A stretch of 64,000 nucleotides of DNA from an uncultured Bacillales bacterium (lineage in GTDB: Bacteria; Bacillota_I; Bacilli_A; RF39; UBA660), in contig CANOYR010000003.1 of NCBI GenBank assembly GCA_947571655.1, positions 3,408 to 67,407 of the forward strand. Reading direction: 5' to 3'. The position numbers and the translations under genes were made by a program. Within the stretch, counting starts at the first letter, position 1. The number at the start of each line of letters is the position of its first letter. The notes beneath the pieces are model-generated. The model did no database searches. It saw nothing but the letters and a program-made list of their open reading frames with translations, and had not been told where the DNA came from. Below, one piece after another: positions 1 through 8,503 of this stretch.

Positions 1-162
1 AATACTTCGATTGAAGCTTTAACTGATTTGGTAACAACCAAAGAGAATCATTTGGCAAAAATTGCCAAAGATACAGTGTCTGGAGCAGTTTTTCTATTTA
101 TTATTATGTTTATTGCGGTGATTGGAATTATTTTTGTTCCCAAAATATTAGAATTATTTTAG
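1..162 (+). CDS. dgkA: Diacylglycerol/undecaprenol kinase family protein, C-terminal fragment (gene starts upstream of window)
   Basis: Frame 1 reads a hydrophobic C-terminus (...GAVFLFIIMFIAVIGIIFVPKILELF*) ending at TAG 160-162. The position directly upstream of cdd-era matches the conserved Firmicutes ybeY-dgkA-cdd-era order. Confidence 0.45.
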   Translation, partial: NTSIEALTDLVTTKENHLAKIAKDTVSGAVFLFIIMFIAVIGIIFVPKILELF

Positions 163-558
163 GTGATGGTTATGTTAGAAGAATTAAAAAAATTGGCGAA
201 TTATTCAAAGAGTAGATATTATTCTTTTCCAGTGAGCACTATTTTAGAATGTCAGGATGGAAAACTTTTTCGAGGGGTAAATGTGGAAACATCTTCTCCA
301 GCTGCGGGAATATGTGCAGAAAGAAATGCTTTGTTTCAAGCACTTGCTATGGGATATACTAAGAAAGATTTTCAAAGAATTTATATTTACAATGAAAGTG
401 AAAATTTGATTTCTCCTTGTTTTATTTGTAGACAAGCTCTAAATGATTACTGTAATCCAGAGTTAGAAATTATCAGTTATAATTGTTCTGGAGAGAAAAA
501 AACATGGATATTGAAAGATTTATGTCAGGATGCTTTTGGAGAGGATCATTTAAAATGA
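163..558 (+). CDS. cdd: Cytidine deaminase
   Basis: CAERNA and PCxxCRQ zinc-ligand motifs are present. The true start is probably ATG 172, with RBS aggtgatgg at 161-169. The stop overlaps the era start (ATGA). Confidence 0.8.
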   Translation: MMVMLEELKKLANYSKSRYYSFPVSTILECQDGKLFRGVNVETSSPAAGICAERNALFQALAMGYTKKDFQRIYIYNESENLISPCFICRQALNDYCNPELEIISYNCSGEKKTWILKDLCQDAFGEDHLK

Positions 559-1445
559 GAAGTGGATTTATTAGTATTGTAGGGCGTCCAAATGTTGGGA
601 AAAGTACCTTACTAAATAGTTTATTGGAAACGAAATTAGCGATTACCTCAGATAAGATGGGAACAACTAGAAATATTATTGAGGGAGTTTATGAAGATGA
701 GGATAGTCAAATTATTTTTGTCGATACTCCAGGAATTCATAAGCCACTTCATAAATTAGGAAATATTTTAAATAAAAAGGCTTATGCAAGTACAGAAAAT
801 GTGGATTTGATTTTATTTTTAATCGATGTAAGTACTGGATTTGGAAAAGGAGATCAATTTATTTTAAATCGAATTAAAGAGGAAGGAATTCCAATTATTT
901 TAGTGATGAATAAAGTAGATGCTATTAAAAAGGACTTACTACTAAAAAGAATTGATGAATATAAAGATTTCTATTCTTTTGAAGAGATATTTCCTATTTC
1001 TGCATTAAAAAACGATAATGTAGAAAAGTTATTAAAAGCAGTAAAAAAGTATCTTCCAAACGAGGGAAAAATTTTTGAAGATGATACTTTCACAAATATT
1101 TCTACTAATTTTTATGTAAGTGAAATTATTCGAGAAAAAGTACTTCAACTTACCAAAGAAGAAGTTCCGCATGCAGTCACTTGTTACGTAGAAAAAATAG
1201 AATATGCCAAACGAAAAGTAATTATTAACGCTGTACTTGTTGTTGATAGGGATCATTTAAAAAAGATAATTATTGGAAATCATGGGAGCATGTTAAAACG
1301 AATTGGAACAGAAGCCCGAAGGGAATTAGAAGAGTATTTTGGGAAAACTGTTTACTTAGAGAATTTTGTAAAAACAATTGATAATTGGCGTGATCGGGAG
1401 AGGTATTTAAAAGAATTAGGAATTGATGATTTGAAAAAAAATTAA
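555..1445 (+). CDS. era: GTPase Era
   Basis: G1 motif GRPNVGKST, DTPG, NKVD and a C-terminal KH domain. The ATG at 555 overlaps the cdd stop. The ORF-track start at 483 is an upstream in-frame extension. Confidence 0.9.
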   Translation: MRSGFISIVGRPNVGKSTLLNSLLETKLAITSDKMGTTRNIIEGVYEDEDSQIIFVDTPGIHKPLHKLGNILNKKAYASTENVDLILFLIDVSTGFGKGDQFILNRIKEEGIPIILVMNKVDAIKKDLLLKRIDEYKDFYSFEEIFPISALKNDNVEKLLKAVKKYLPNEGKIFEDDTFTNISTNFYVSEIIREKVLQLTKEEVPHAVTCYVEKIEYAKRKVIINAVLVVDRDHLKKIIIGNHGSMLKRIGTEARRELEEYFGKTVYLENFVKTIDNWRDRERYLKELGIDDLKKN

Positions 1446-1508
1446 AAAAATGGAATTTGGTGTATAAATTTTAAAAAAAAGCTTCACTATGGTAATGGGT
1501 GAAGAAAA

Positions 1509-1595
1509 ATGAAAAATATTTTATGGAATTTATTTAAAGAAACAGGAAAAATCAATTATTATAATTTATCAAAGCACATCAGAGAGAAGAAGTGA
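1509..1595 (+). CDS. YqzL-family small protein (28 aa), absent from the ORF track
   Basis: ATG 1509 through TGA 1593-1595 reads MKNILWNLFKETGKINYYNLSKHIREKK. The W..F..TG.I..Y.L.K pattern and the era-yqzL-recO position match Bacillus. Confidence 0.45.
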   Translation: MKNILWNLFKETGKINYYNLSKHIREKK

Positions 1596-1600
1596 AGTCA

Positions 1601-2338
1601 ATGAATTTAGTAAAAACGGAGGGAATTGTTCTAGGGGAAACGAATTATAGTGAATCTAGTAAAATTCTAAAAGTGTTGACAAAAGAGTATGGAATGATTA
1701 GTATAATGTCCAAGGGATGCAGAAATCTCAAAAGTAAGCTTCGAGGTGTTAGTAGTTTGTTTGTTTATGGAGATTTTCACTTTTCTTATAGGGAAAGTGG
1801 GATTTCTACGTTAATAAGTGTTGATATTAAAAATAGTTTTTTAAAATTACAAAGTGATATTGAGAAGATTACGTATGCTAGTTATCTTTTGGATTTAACG
1901 GAACAAGTATTAAAACATAATGCACAAGAAGATATCTATTTCCTTTTGACGGCAACTTTAGAGAAAATGAATGATGGTTATAATCTACAAGCTTTAACAA
2001 ATATTTTAGAATTAAAGTATTTAGATTTCTTAGGAATTCGTCCTGTTTTAGATTGTTGTAGTGTCTGTGGAAACAAAACAGAGATTGTAACTATTAATGC
2101 TTCAGCTGGTGGTTATCTTTGTAGAAATTGTTATCATAATGAAAAAATGTATAGTGAAAAGACGATTAAGTTAATTAGGATGTTTTACTATGTAGATATT
2201 TCTAAAATTTCAAAGTTAGAAATTAAAGAAGATTCTTTAAAAGAATTGGAGGAGTTTATTGGAGATTATTATGATCGGTACTCTGGATTATATTTAAAAA
2301 GTAGAAATTTCTTAGAAAATGTTTGTAAAATAGGATAG
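1601..2338 (+). CDS. recO: DNA repair protein RecO
   Basis: N-terminal OB-fold region and a C-terminal C4 zinc finger (CCSVCGN...CRNC). The likely ATG is at 1601 after the RBS agagagaagaag. The ORF-track start at 1592 is GTG. Confidence 0.8.
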   Translation: MNLVKTEGIVLGETNYSESSKILKVLTKEYGMISIMSKGCRNLKSKLRGVSSLFVYGDFHFSYRESGISTLISVDIKNSFLKLQSDIEKITYASYLLDLTEQVLKHNAQEDIYFLLTATLEKMNDGYNLQALTNILELKYLDFLGIRPVLDCCSVCGNKTEIVTINASAGGYLCRNCYHNEKMYSEKTIKLIRMFYYVDISKISKLEIKEDSLKELEEFIGDYYDRYSGLYLKSRNFLENVCKIG

Positions 2339-2348
2339 AGGTACAAAA

Positions 2349-5036
2349 ATGAAAAAGCAATTGTATGATAAAAGAGCATATATTGTAACTATATTATTAG
2401 TATTTGTAATCTTTCTCTTTCTTTTTATAGGTAAAGGGATTTTTCCATTTGGAAAAAATTCTTTGATTTGGGGAGATATGCACGATCAAATTACAGCTTT
2501 TTACTATCATTTTTATGATAGTTTTTATGGGAATAGTTCTTTATTGATTGATTTTACTACCAGTGGTGGAGTGAATTTTTTTGGAGTTCTTTGTTATTAT
2601 ATTTTAAGTCCTCTTAGCTTTCTTTTATTGCTTTTTCCAAGAGAAGATATTTATTTAGCGGTATCGATTATTGTCGCATTAAAAGTTTTAATTTCTAGTC
2701 TTACGTGCCTTTATTTTATTCGTTTTTATTTTAAAAAATTGCCAAGTTTTTTAAGTATTTTTTTAGCGATTTGTTATGCTTTTTCGGGATATAGTTTATC
2801 TATGTATCAAATTACTCCATGGATTGATATTGTGTATTTATTTCCACTATTAATGATAGGGTTTAAGAAGGTATTGGATTTACAAAAACCGACTTGGTAT
2901 ATTCTTATATTAACGTTATCCTTTATTTGTTGTTTTTATATTTCTGTGATGCTTATTTTCTTTCTTCTTTTATCAGCTTCTTTTTATCTTTTTATATATA
3001 AAGAAAAAGAAGAAAGGAAAAAGGGAATTTTGGCACTTGGAATTTCTACTATTTTGAGTTTACTTCTTTCTTTATTTGTTTTAGTTCCTTCTTATATGCA
3101 GATATCTATTTCTTCTAGACTTGGATTTCGTTTGGGTGAGCTTTTAAATTCTAGGGCAGGACCTTTAACAGATAAAATATCTTTCTTTATGTTTGGTGGA
3201 ATTGTTTATTTAGGAATTTTATTTTTATTAAAACATTTAAAAAAAGACTCTAAATTTTTTCTTTGGTATTTTTCTACTTGTCTAATTGTTGGAATTCCTG
3301 TTATTATTGAACCAATTAATAAACTTTGGCATTTTGGTTCTTATGCTTTTTTTCCTTATCGATTTGGTTTTATTATGATTTTTTTACTAATTATAGGGTC
3401 GTGTCAAGGTTATACATTAGAATTAGAGGTTAAGGATAAGAAAAAAAAGAAAAGGGAACATCCTTTTTTGATAATTTTCGTTACGTTAATTTCTAGTATT
3501 GTAATTTCTTTTTGTACTTATAATAACTATTATGATTTTCAAAGTGCACTTTCTAAATTAACGATTTCTACGGATCATTCTTTGTTGTGGTTTTTACTCA
3601 CTACAACACTTTTGGTATTTTTAACGTGTTATTTTATTTATCGATATACAAAATCTAATCGAACACTTTGTACTTGTTGTGTTGCAGTTATTACTTTGGT
3701 TCATATTTTAAATAATAGTTTTTTATATTTTGGTGTTGATTTTAATCAGGAAAAATTAATGAGTCAATATGAAAGTTTAACGGAATTATCGAAAACTTAT
3801 GAAGAAGGAAATTATTATCGTGTAAAAAATTTAAGTTCTAATTTTATGATGAATAGTGGGATGGTAATGAAATATCATACGTTAGATCATTTTACATCTT
3901 TAACAGACCGTAATAATTTACAAAGCTTAAAAAAGCTTGGATATTCTTCTATGTGGGTTAAGACTTTTTCAAAAGGAGGAACCTTGTTTAGTGATGCTAT
4001 TTTAGCTAATCGCTATATTTTAAGTAGATCTCCGATAGAAAGTCCTTATTACCAATTTGTTCAAAGTTATGGAAATTTAAAATTTTATGAGCATTTAAAA
4101 ACGCCTTCTTATGGTTATTTAATTGATAAAAATATCGATATTTTAGATGAAGAGAATTCTTTTACGATTCAAAATCAAATGTATCAGGCAATTAGAAAGA
4201 GTAAGGAAGATATTTTTAAAATTTATGATGATTGGCAATTAGATAATATTAAAAAAACAGAAAAAGATGAGAAAATTTCTTATCAAATTATCGATGAAGA
4301 TGCTTATAACTTTATAGAGCAAACAATTCCTATTCATCAAAAACAAGTTTTATATTTAGAAATATTAAAAGATTTAGATAATACTATTAATTCTGAAATT
4401 TATCAAAAATTTAATATTTATGTAAATGATCAATTATGGCAAAAAAATGCACTTACTGCTAATAATAATGGTGTCATTGATTTAGGAACTTTTGAACATG
4501 AGGATGTCGATATTAAAATTGAGCTATTAGGTGATATTGAAATTTCTAATTTGACCCTTGCTACGATGGATGTTTTGAAGTATGAAAGTTTTATTGAGGA
4601 AAATTATGTACCATTAAAAATTAAATATAATAAGAATAAAATTCAAATTGAAGTAACTTCAGAAAAAAACCAAATTTTATTTTTACCTATTTCTTATAAT
4701 GATGGGTATGAGAGTGTTGTAAATCAACAAAAGGTGTCAGTAGAAAAGGTATTTGGAAATTTTGTTGGAATTCCTTTAGAAAAGGGAGATAATAAGATTG
4801 AAATATCTTTTCTACCTCCAGGATTTAAAATATCGACTGCAATTAGTGTTTTTGCATTACTTGTTACAGTTCTTTTTCTTCATAAAAAGTGGTATTTTAA
4901 ATTGCTTGAGTCTTCAACTTTTCAAAAAGTTGCGAGTGTTTGTTATTACAGTATTTATTCACTCTTTATACTTTTTGCTTATGTTGGTTTGACGATTGTC
5001 TTTATTTTGTCACATTTTATCTATTTTCAAGTTTAA
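2349..5036 (+). CDS. YfhO-family polytopic membrane protein (putative glycosyltransferase of cell-envelope polymers)
   Basis: 895 aa with many TM helices at the N-terminus and a large C-terminal extracytoplasmic domain. The size and topology are typical of YfhO. Confidence 0.6.
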   Translation: MKKQLYDKRAYIVTILLVFVIFLFLFIGKGIFPFGKNSLIWGDMHDQITAFYYHFYDSFYGNSSLLIDFTTSGGVNFFGVLCYYILSPLSFLLLLFPREDIYLAVSIIVALKVLISSLTCLYFIRFYFKKLPSFLSIFLAICYAFSGYSLSMYQITPWIDIVYLFPLLMIGFKKVLDLQKPTWYILILTLSFICCFYISVMLIFFLLLSASFYLFIYKEKEERKKGILALGISTILSLLLSLFVLVPSYMQISISSRLGFRLGELLNSRAGPLTDKISFFMFGGIVYLGILFLLKHLKKDSKFFLWYFSTCLIVGIPVIIEPINKLWHFGSYAFFPYRFGFIMIFLLIIGSCQGYTLELEVKDKKKKKREHPFLIIFVTLISSIVISFCTYNNYYDFQSALSKLTISTDHSLLWFLLTTTLLVFLTCYFIYRYTKSNRTLCTCCVAVITLVHILNNSFLYFGVDFNQEKLMSQYESLTELSKTYEEGNYYRVKNLSSNFMMNSGMVMKYHTLDHFTSLTDRNNLQSLKKLGYSSMWVKTFSKGGTLFSDAILANRYILSRSPIESPYYQFVQSYGNLKFYEHLKTPSYGYLIDKNIDILDEENSFTIQNQMYQAIRKSKEDIFKIYDDWQLDNIKKTEKDEKISYQIIDEDAYNFIEQTIPIHQKQVLYLEILKDLDNTINSEIYQKFNIYVNDQLWQKNALTANNNGVIDLGTFEHEDVDIKIELLGDIEISNLTLATMDVLKYESFIEENYVPLKIKYNKNKIQIEVTSEKNQILFLPISYNDGYESVVNQQKVSVEKVFGNFVGIPLEKGDNKIEISFLPPGFKISTAISVFALLVTVLFLHKKWYFKLLESSTFQKVASVCYYSIYSLFILFAYVGLTIVFILSHFIYFQV

Positions 5037-5039
5037 TAT

Positions 5040-5231
5040 TGACAGATAAAAAAAGTATCTGTAAAATAAGTATTGTTAATGTGAAGATGGCCTTGGAAAA
5101 GTCGGAGCAATACAAAAAGAGAGATTCTTCTAGAATAAGTAGAGTGGAACCGCGGAATTGATTTTCGTCTCTACAGTTCTAGGAGTTTTTTTGTTTTTTG
5201 AGGAAGAAAATGTTTAAAAAAGGAGAAAAAG
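5040..5231 (+). promoter_or_regulatory. Promoter plus compact T-box leader (glycine) of glyQS
   Basis: The promoter is TTGACA (5040-5045), a 17-nt spacer, then TAAAAT. The T-box core is AGAGTGGAACCGCGG at 5141-5155, whose UGGA would pair with a U73 discriminator as in tRNA-Gly. A GGC is at 5088-5090 and a hairpin with U-run lies at 5165-5195. Confidence 0.5.
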
Positions 5232-6611
5232 ATGATGGAAAATAAAAAATTGACAATGGAAAAATTGGTGAATGTCTGTAAACAGTATGGATTTATTTTT
5301 CAGGGAAGTGAAATTTATGGAGGATTAGCAAATACTTGGGATTATGGTCCTTTGGGTGCAAGACTTAAAAATAATGTAAAAGATACATGGCGCAAACGAT
5401 TTATTCAAGAAAGACCAAATGCTTATGAAGTGGATGCTGCAATTTTAATGCATCCTAGGGTTTGGGAAGCCAGTGGTCATGTTGCTAGTTTTTCTGATCC
5501 ATTGATTGATTGTAAATCATGTAAGATGCGTCATCGAGCAGATAATTTGATTGATGATTTTGATAAGAATGCCCATGCAGATGGAATGACACAGGAAGAG
5601 ATGGTTTCCTATATTAAGGAACATCAAGTACCTTGTCCAGGATGTGGAAGTAGTGATTATACAGAAATTCGTCAGTTTAATTTGATGTTTGAAACTTATC
5701 GTGGAGTTACTGAGAGTAATAAGAATAAAATTTATTTACGACCAGAAAATGCACAAGGTGAGTATGTTAATTTTTTAAATGTACAGCGTTCTATGAGGTG
5801 TAAATTACCTTTTAGTATTGGTCAAATTGGAAAAGCTTTTAGAAATGAGATTACTCCAGGAAATTTTACTTTTCGCACTATTGAATTTGAACAAATGGAG
5901 TATCAAACTTTTTGTAAAGAGGGGACAGATAGTGAATTATACCGTTATTTTAAAGAGTATGCCAAAAAGTATTTTATGGATTTAGGTCTTCCAGAAGAGA
6001 AGTTGAGATTTCATGATCATGAAAAATTAGCACATTATGCAAAAGAGGCTTGTGATATTGAATATCAATTTAATTTTGGATGGGGAGAAATTAATGGAAC
6101 ACATAATCGTACAGATTATGATTTGGGACGTCATCAGGAGTATTCGAAGACTTCTCAGGAATATCTAGATTCTGAAACGAATGAAAAATATATTCCTTAT
6201 ATTATTGAATCTACAGTTGGATGTGATCGTGCTGTTTTAGCACTTTTGGATCATGCTTATGAAGAAGAGCAACTAGAAGATGGAACCACTCGTGAAGTTA
6301 TGCATTTTCATCCATTTTTAGCACCATATAAAGTAGCAGTACTTCCATTATTAAAAAGATATCATGCAGAAGGGGCAAGTAAGATATATACGCAATTTTC
6401 AAAAGAAATGATGGCAACTTATGATGAGAGTGGAAATATTGGAAAACGATATCGTAGACAAGATGTGATTGGAACTCCTTATTGTGTAACAATCGATGAC
6501 AATACGATTCATGATGGGACAGTTACAATTCGTGATAGAGATAGTATGGAACAAATTACTTTATCTGTGGAGGATGCAATTGTTTATATTAAGGATAAGA
6601 TAAAATTTTAA
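5232..6611 (+). CDS. glyQS: Glycine--tRNA ligase (single-chain, class II)
   Basis: The N-terminus YGFIFQGSEIYGGLANTWDYGPLG and the C-terminal anticodon-binding domain are present. Confidence 0.9.
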   Translation: MMENKKLTMEKLVNVCKQYGFIFQGSEIYGGLANTWDYGPLGARLKNNVKDTWRKRFIQERPNAYEVDAAILMHPRVWEASGHVASFSDPLIDCKSCKMRHRADNLIDDFDKNAHADGMTQEEMVSYIKEHQVPCPGCGSSDYTEIRQFNLMFETYRGVTESNKNKIYLRPENAQGEYVNFLNVQRSMRCKLPFSIGQIGKAFRNEITPGNFTFRTIEFEQMEYQTFCKEGTDSELYRYFKEYAKKYFMDLGLPEEKLRFHDHEKLAHYAKEACDIEYQFNFGWGEINGTHNRTDYDLGRHQEYSKTSQEYLDSETNEKYIPYIIESTVGCDRAVLALLDHAYEEEQLEDGTTREVMHFHPFLAPYKVAVLPLLKRYHAEGASKIYTQFSKEMMATYDESGNIGKRYRRQDVIGTPYCVTIDDNTIHDGTVTIRDRDSMEQITLSVEDAIVYIKDKIKF

Positions 6612-6666
6612 AGGAAAAAGTTCTATGAGTTATAGAACTTTTTTTGTAAAAAAATAATTTTTGTGA

Positions 6667-7446
6667 TTAAAAGTTAATTTCTTCAAGATGTGCAATTATA
6701 ATTTGGTAAATCCAATCTGGTCGTTCTAGGTAGGGAAAATGTTCTAATCCTTTTAAAACGATAAGTTCGGAGTTTGGTATTTCTTTTTCCATTTTTTTTG
6801 CATCTTTAAGAGGAGTAGAAGAATCCCTTTCTCCCCAAATTAGTAGTACACGTGCTTTTATTTTTTTTAAATAATAAGAAAGGTCCTCGTTTACGACATT
6901 TTGAAAGGTCATTCTCATATTTTCTGGAAGCGCCTGATAGTCAGGGGATGCAAATTTTTGGAATAACCATTCTTGATAAATTTTTCTTTTCTTTTTTGGA
7001 AGGAGTTTTCCAATTTTTTTGAGAAATTGATACCATCTTTTTCGAAAAAAACTTCGGAATGTCTTTTTTGGTCTGATTCCTGCACTATCCATAAAAATAA
7101 AATTAGAATAGTCATAATGATAGTATCCGCTTAGAAGAATTAAAAGACGACCACCAAAAGAGTGTCCAATAAAAATAGAGTCCTTAAGACCTAGATCAGT
7201 AATCCAAGAATGAATCATGTTGGCATAATCAAAAATGGTCATTGAGTGACGAGGAAATTTTGTTTTTCCAAATCCAGGATAATCTAAGATATAGACTGTA
7301 TAGTTTAAAGATAGGGCAGAAATTAAAGAATCAAAAGTCGCTCTGGTATCTCCCCAGCCAGGAAGAATTACGATACTTTTTTTATGTTCTCCATATTTTT
7401 TATAATATAATGAGATATCATTGTAAGTATAAAACATGATAATCAC
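6667..7446 (-). CDS. Alpha/beta-hydrolase fold protein
   Basis: Nucleophile elbow GHSFGG and an HGW/PGWG N-terminal motif in a 259-aa protein. Confidence 0.7.
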   Translation of the reverse strand: MIIMFYTYNDISLYYKKYGEHKKSIVILPGWGDTRATFDSLISALSLNYTVYILDYPGFGKTKFPRHSMTIFDYANMIHSWITDLGLKDSIFIGHSFGGRLLILLSGYYHYDYSNFIFMDSAGIRPKKTFRSFFRKRWYQFLKKIGKLLPKKKRKIYQEWLFQKFASPDYQALPENMRMTFQNVVNEDLSYYLKKIKARVLLIWGERDSSTPLKDAKKMEKEIPNSELIVLKGLEHFPYLERPDWIYQIIIAHLEEINF

Positions 7447-7552
7447 CTAATATAGTGTATGAAAATGGGAAATGATTGTTTCCAAAAAGGACAAGTTAAA
7501 AAAATTTTTAAAAATAGTATGAAAATTGCAAAAGTGTGATATACTAAAAGTG

Positions 7553-7733
7553 TCTAAGAAATGCGAAACAGTCACATATAAAACCGACTAATATGACGAT
7601 ACGGGAGTCTTGATCAGTAATCTGTGTTGAATGCCTTTCCTTTTGGTAAAGGAATCCTAAGGGTTACGTATGGACACCCACCTGTAAAAATGCAGGTTTT
7701 ATCGCCGACTGAACCGCTTTCTTGGACTTTTTA
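7553..7733 (+). ncRNA. ssrS: Candidate 6S RNA (SsrS-like)
   Basis: An extended -10 (TGATATACT, 7537-7545) is followed by a ~180-nt noncoding segment. Its 5-prime end (AAGAAAGCG..CAGTC, 7557-7575) pairs with its 3-prime end (GACTG..CGCTTTCTT, 7706-7722) around a bulge, and a U-run follows. It lies directly upstream of a tcdA/yrvM-like gene, as B. subtilis 6S-1 does. Confidence 0.4.
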
Positions 7734-7735
7734 TT

Positions 7736-8443
7736 TTGAAAAATAGAAATGGAGTGATCTGGATGCTTGATCGTTTAGAATTATTAATAAGTCCAGAAAA
7801 TCTAGAAAAGATAAAAAAGCTTCGTGTACTGGTCGTTGGACTTGGTGGAGTTGGGGGATATACAGTAGAATCTTTAGTTCGTTCAGGAGTTGAAGAAATA
7901 ATTTTAGTAGATTATGATACTGTAAGTATTAGTAATAAAAATCGACAAATTATCGCAACTGATGAGGTCATAGGAATGAAAAAAGTAGAGGCTTTTAAAA
8001 GACGAATTGAATTGATTTCAAGTACTTGTCATGTGATACCAGTGGATTTGTTTTTAAGTAGGGAAAATATTTCTTTTTTAGATTCTTATTCTATTGATTA
8101 TATCGTAGATGCTTGTGATAGTGTATTTACTAAGCAATCATTAATTACTTACAGTTTGGAACGTAAAATTCCGTTGATTTCTTGTATGGGAACAGGAAAT
8201 CGCCTAGATCCTAGTCAATTAGAAATTACGGATTTAAGGAGTACCTGTTATGATCCTTTGGCTAGAAAAATGAGAAGTTTTATCACTAAGAATAAAATTA
8301 AAGAAAAAGTAACAGTTGTTTGTAGTAGGGAACACCCAATAAAAACAGGGAGTAAAACAATTGGATCTTGTAGTTTTGTTCCAAGTGTGGCAGGGCTATT
8401 AATTACTAGCTACATTATTCGACAAATAATCAAAGAAAATTAG
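7736..8443 (+). CDS. tcdA: tRNA threonylcarbamoyladenosine dehydratase / ThiF-MoeB family E1-like protein
   Basis: Rossmann motif VVGLGGVGG. An alternative start at ATG 7763 follows the RBS aaatggagtg. Confidence 0.7.
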   Translation: MKNRNGVIWMLDRLELLISPENLEKIKKLRVLVVGLGGVGGYTVESLVRSGVEEIILVDYDTVSISNKNRQIIATDEVIGMKKVEAFKRRIELISSTCHVIPVDLFLSRENISFLDSYSIDYIVDACDSVFTKQSLITYSLERKIPLISCMGTGNRLDPSQLEITDLRSTCYDPLARKMRSFITKNKIKEKVTVVCSREHPIKTGSKTIGSCSFVPSVAGLLITSYIIRQIIKEN

Positions 8444-8503
8444 GATATTCTGATAATAGAAGATTCTAATTTTTATATGAGAAATAATGAGGAGGGCTTA
8501 TTT

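Noticed and set aside
3421-3470. A/G homopolymer-rich tract (AAGGATAAGAAAAAAAAGAAAAGGG) inside yfhO as a possible slippage or phase-variation site
   Set aside because: It encodes a lysine-rich cytoplasmic loop (KDKKKKKRE) in frame. The A-run is interrupted, and there is no evidence of a frameshifted alternative product.
4798-5161. Two short plus-strand ORFs overlapping the yfhO 3-prime end and the glyQS leader
   Set aside because: They are in alternative frames of yfhO and of the T-box leader. There is no RBS and the hydrophobic repeats are junk.
7553-7733. Alternative identities for the structured RNA: SRP RNA, tmRNA, RNase P RNA, T-box, TPP/FMN/SAM riboswitch
   Set aside because: None of their cores is present: the SRP domain IV motif GUCAGG..AGCAGC, a tmRNA tRNA-like 3-prime end, the RNase P P4 sequence, the T-box GGUGGNACCGCG, or riboswitch-specific cores. 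The downstream gene is not an aaRS. The terminal-stem architecture fits 6S better.
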